A DNA stretch of 64,000 bases from Spirochaetia bacterium (GTDB taxonomy: Bacteria; Spirochaetota; Spirochaetia; SP-2023), in contig CBDDCK010000005.1 in NCBI GenBank assembly GCA_965225855.1, positions 1,664,001-1,728,000 of the forward strand, given 5' to 3'. Position numbers and translations under genes: made by a program. Under the pieces are notes generated by a model. The model saw only the letters and a list, made by a program, of their open reading frames with translations, was not told the DNA's origin and ran no database searches. Of this stretch, positions 60,834 through 64,000 are shown piece by piece. Positions within the stretch are counted from its first letter, which is position 1, and every line of letters begins with the position of its first letter.

Positions 60834-60980
60834 AAGCAATACCTCCAAGAATGGATAAAGATTAGCCAACCCATACGGGCTAGTGCATAGAGCCCTATTG
60901 TGTTAGGGGGGGAATTGAGTCAAGGCCCATATAAGCTTTTTGTAAGTTTTTTACAAGTTTTTTTGTTTTTTAGTGTTTTG
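60834..60980 (-). promoter_or_regulatory. Conserved lipoprotein leader (copy 4)
   Basis: TTGACT, C7 (G7 at 60906-60912 on the + strand), hairpins, GGAGG. Confidence 0.6.
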
Positions 60981-61193
60981 CTTAATAGTGATGGTTTAAA
61001 GTATAGAAGAGCTGTTGCGTTGCGTATGATCGTAGTAAACATCATGGCACAAAGTATAAGAATTTGGTATAAGAATTTGAGTTTTTTGTATCGCAGTACA
61101 GCCCAGTTTTTAGCAAAATAATACAATACAATTTTTTGCGATTTTTTTAGAGACTGCCACAGTCTCATTGGAAAATCCCTAGGTTGCCAATCA

Positions 61194-61236
61194 AAAAAGC
61201 TAGTAAGGTTTTCAGTCAAAACCTTACTAGCTTTTT
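61194..61236. terminator. Perfect 19-bp hairpin, bidirectional-terminator-like
   Basis: AAAAAGCTAGTAAGGTTTT-CAGTC-AAAACCTTACTAGCTTTTT. Confidence 0.75.
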
Positions 61237-61619
61237 GAGACCGTGGCCCGTTACCATGATATTTTGAAAGCATATTGTTGCCCAATTACTGCCGACAACC
61301 CATATGCCGAAAAACAAAAATTTTTTACTTGTTCCATTTGTGGATTCAGCCGAAAGGCATAAAAAAAGCGGTGCATGGTTTGGTTATCCTAGCACCGCTT
61401 TGGCTTTTTGAAGTTTTGAGCGTTTTGCTCTGGTTTGGTGTTAAAAATGGATTCTGGCTTTTTCTCGTGCAATGAAAATTTTTTACTTTTTTATTTTGGT
61501 TTTACTTTTTTATTTTGGAAAGTAAGCCAATTTTACCTTCCCATTTGTTCCAAAAAATCCCGAGTTATCACGTCTTATCCCGTTCAGTTATCATGTCCTC
61601 TTTCAGCTATAACATTCAA

Positions 61620-62222
61620 TTATAAGCTTAAACCACACCATAATTGCCAGCCAGTATAAAACAACAAAAATAATAGAATGGCTAATCCTGCTCCCTTTTC
61701 CAGTGCTATATTGTAGGCACCATGCCATAGTAGGGCTATCACAAAAAATAATCGGCTTTTGCGCTGGAATATTTTTAAAGCAATTAGCGAGCTTAAACAC
61801 GAATGTACTAAACTGCTAGGCAGCCGCCAGTAAATGCTATTTAAATTATAGCTAAGGGCATACCATAAATTTTCAGCGGAGGCAAAACCCAAGCCTAAAG
61901 CAATTCCTATTAGGATAAATAAATACGCTGATCTATTTGATGTAATTTTGTGGCACGAAATATGTAGCAAAATAAATTTAATGGTCTCCTCCAAAAAGGA
62001 AGCAACAAGAGGTTGTACTAAAAAAGTGATAGGGGGTTGAAGGGGCTGAATCCAACTGACTAAAAGGCCGACAAGATAGCGTTCTGGGAAAACAGAAGCA
62101 AAAGCAGCAAGGGCTCCTAACAAAAAAGCTGTCGTCAATAAAGCTTGGGAATGGGGGAGCACAAACCAGTTAAATAATAGCAATACAAGAATTAGTCCTC
62201 CCCCTAAAAATAAGCCAAGCAT
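61620..62222 (-). CDS. PrsW family intramembrane metalloprotease
   Basis: EETIK; GLGFASAEN..Y; H; WHGAYN. Confidence 0.85.
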   Translation of the reverse strand: MLGLFLGGGLILVLLLFNWFVLPHSQALLTTAFLLGALAAFASVFPERYLVGLLVSWIQPLQPPITFLVQPLVASFLEETIKFILLHISCHKITSNRSAYLFILIGIALGLGFASAENLWYALSYNLNSIYWRLPSSLVHSCLSSLIALKIFQRKSRLFFVIALLWHGAYNIALEKGAGLAILLFLLFYTGWQLWCGLSL

Positions 62223-62228
62223 TTTTGC

Positions 62229-62945
62229 TTATGGCAAATTACTCTGATAAATAATGCGCACTTGTTTGTATGTTCCTTTGCCCTCACTAACGGTAAAAAT
62301 ATTGGGCCAATTGTTTAAGGTTTTGTGAATAATCCGCCTCTCGGAAGGATTCATAATTTCTAACAGATGGGAATTTCGGTGGTTTTCTACTTGAGCAGCG
62401 GTTGCCTTAGCAAGCTTTACCAGCTTTACCTCACGGCGTTTGCGATAACTACCTACGTCCAAATCCACGTCCAAATCTGCAGGAACATCATTTTCTTCAT
62501 CATGCAATCTGCCTAGATAGGCATTTAAAATAATTTGCAGAGCATCTAAACTTTTGCCATGTTTCCCAATTAATTGGGAAGGGTCGCTGGAATCTTGTAT
62601 ATTAAACAGCAGCCGATTATCTTTACGAGAGCACAATACCACATCACCATCTTGGCCCATACGGTGCAATAATTCTTGCATAAAATCGCGAATATTTGCT
62701 TCCCAAACAGTTATTTCGGTAAGCTCTGGTTCCAGTAATTCGTTTGACTCTCCTGTACTTTCACTGCTTTCTTCTAACAAAATTTCTTCACTGTGGGGGT
62801 ATACCCGAATGCGAACGTTGTTTTTTCGGAATAAACTATTGTCATTTTCCAAAATCTCTATATCAAATTGAGCGCTATTTAACCCTAATGCTTTACTTGC
62901 TTGTTGAATAGCTTCTTGTTCGGTTTTCCCAGTAAATTCATTCAT
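62229..62945 (-). CDS. jag: Jag/EloR (KhpB) RNA-binding protein
   Basis: GKTEQEAI; LIGKHGKSLDALQ (KH); MNPSERRIIH (R3H). Confidence 0.93.
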   Translation of the reverse strand: MNEFTGKTEQEAIQQASKALGLNSAQFDIEILENDNSLFRKNNVRIRVYPHSEEILLEESSESTGESNELLEPELTEITVWEANIRDFMQELLHRMGQDGDVVLCSRKDNRLLFNIQDSSDPSQLIGKHGKSLDALQIILNAYLGRLHDEENDVPADLDVDLDVGSYRKRREVKLVKLAKATAAQVENHRNSHLLEIMNPSERRIIHKTLNNWPNIFTVSEGKGTYKQVRIIYQSNLP

Positions 62946-63099
62946 TTGGCAAACTCCTTTCCAGCCTGTTATAAAATAAAGGCTAGCTTGCTTAATAATT
63001 GTTATTTTTTGTATTCATTTTTTCTTCACTGCTTCTTCTGCTTAATTGGCTTGTTTGGCTAGAATCTTTTGAATCTAAATTGGCTACTAGCTGAATCTG

Positions 63100-64000
63100 C
63101 TAGTCTTTCTGGAAGCGATTTCGTTTGCTTTTATGGCGTGTATAATTACGATTATTTTGAGCCACAATGGCATCTGCTTCATGCTTGATACTCGCTTCAT
63201 CATCACTACAAAATTTAACCATGAATAATTGCTGAATCATCATCAGAACATTGGAAATTGTCCAGTATAAAATTAGGCCTGAAGGCATGTTATAAAGAAC
63301 AATCGAAAATATAATGGGCATATATAGGGTAAACATTCGCTGTTGCATTTTATTTTGCATAGGCGGCTGGCTAGCTTGCATCAACTTGCTGGAAAGCAAT
63401 TGCGAGCCTAGATAGATAATCGGCAGCAAGCGCAGGGGCATATTCCAACCGAGCAAATAAAAACTATAAACTAAGTCAGGAGCCGAAAGGTCTCCAATCC
63501 AGCCGGGGATAAAACTGGCTCCGCGCAATTCAAAATAACGATAAAACAAGTTAGCAATAGCAATTAAAATCGGCATTTGTATTAGTAGCGGTAAGCAACC
63601 GCCCATTGGATTTACTTTTTCCTTGCGATACAAAGTGGCCATTTCCAGTTGTAGGCGTTTGGGGTCGCCTTTGTATTTTTCTTGAATCTCTTTCATTTGC
63701 GGTTGCAATAAGCGCATGCGACTAGTTGATTTATAGGCTTTTAAGGTCAGGGGAAACAGTAAAATCCGCACGATAAGAGCAAACAAAATAATGGCCAAAC
63801 CGTAATTATAAATAAACCTGTAGAGCCAATTTAATGCCCATTTTACAGGTTCTTCAATAAAGCCCAAACTAAATTTAACCATTGAGTTCAGGCCTACATC
63901 GGAAAGGCCAAATGCATTTTCGCTGGACTCATTAAAAATATTTAACTCGCTGGCTAATAATGGGCCTATATAATAATAGAAAGTATCGTCCACTAAATCA
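63100..64000 (-). CDS. yidC: Membrane protein insertase YidC, 5' part outside the window
   Basis: NYGLAII; NPMGGCLPLLIQMP; WIGDLSAPD; PSGLILYW; adjacent to jag. Confidence 0.96.
   Translation of the reverse strand, partial: DLVDDTFYYYIGPLLASELNIFNESSENAFGLSDVGLNSMVKFSLGFIEEPVKWALNWLYRFIYNYGLAIILFALIVRILLFPLTLKAYKSTSRMRLLQPQMKEIQEKYKGDPKRLQLEMATLYRKEKVNPMGGCLPLLIQMPILIAIANLFYRYFELRGASFIPGWIGDLSAPDLVYSFYLLGWNMPLRLLPIIYLGSQLLSSKLMQASQPPMQNKMQQRMFTLYMPIIFSIVLYNMPSGLILYWTISNVLMMIQQLFMVKFCSDDEASIKHEADAIVAQNNRNYTRHKSKRNRFQKD

Larger units (their letters stand above)
58378..61605. mobile_element. Non-autonomous transposon-like element carrying lipoprotein paralog 4
   Basis: TGA..TCA ends, imperfect terminal inverted repeats with two 12-bp boxes each, flanking GCTATA at 58372-58377 and 61606-61611; no transposase inside. 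Confidence 0.85.

Noticed and set aside
60900..61659. Short ORFs inside the element as a transposase
   Set aside because: No DDE, HUH or recombinase motifs; low-complexity F/L/K-rich translations on both strands.

Overview
AT-rich bacterial chromosomal window, most likely from a spirochaete (inferred from a SpiroCoCo-type coiled-coil gene and the gene context). A housekeeping backbone (trxB, sugar ABC cluster, rnfA/rnfB, trmB, murG, polA, trpF, tsaC, GH2 beta-galactosidase, grpE-dnaK-dnaJ, prsW, jag, yidC) is interrupted by four intact copies and one remnant of a modular repeat surface-lipoprotein gene with a shared leader. Main result: the copy at 58656-60833 lies inside a 3,228-bp transposase-free element (58378-61605) with TGA...TCA termini, two 23-bp-spaced GAC(A/G)TGATAACT boxes at each end, and an exact 6-bp flanking duplication (GCTATA). 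A further copy of one end precedes another paralog (41430). This suggests a non-autonomous transposon family that spreads and reshuffles adhesin-like lipoproteins. Two kinds of 46-47-bp palindromic tandem arrays, a DUF4469-type DNA-binding gene and a decayed type I R-M island (hsdS remnants, TA pairs, nucleases) sit beside these cassettes. All calls were made by eye; no database searches were run.
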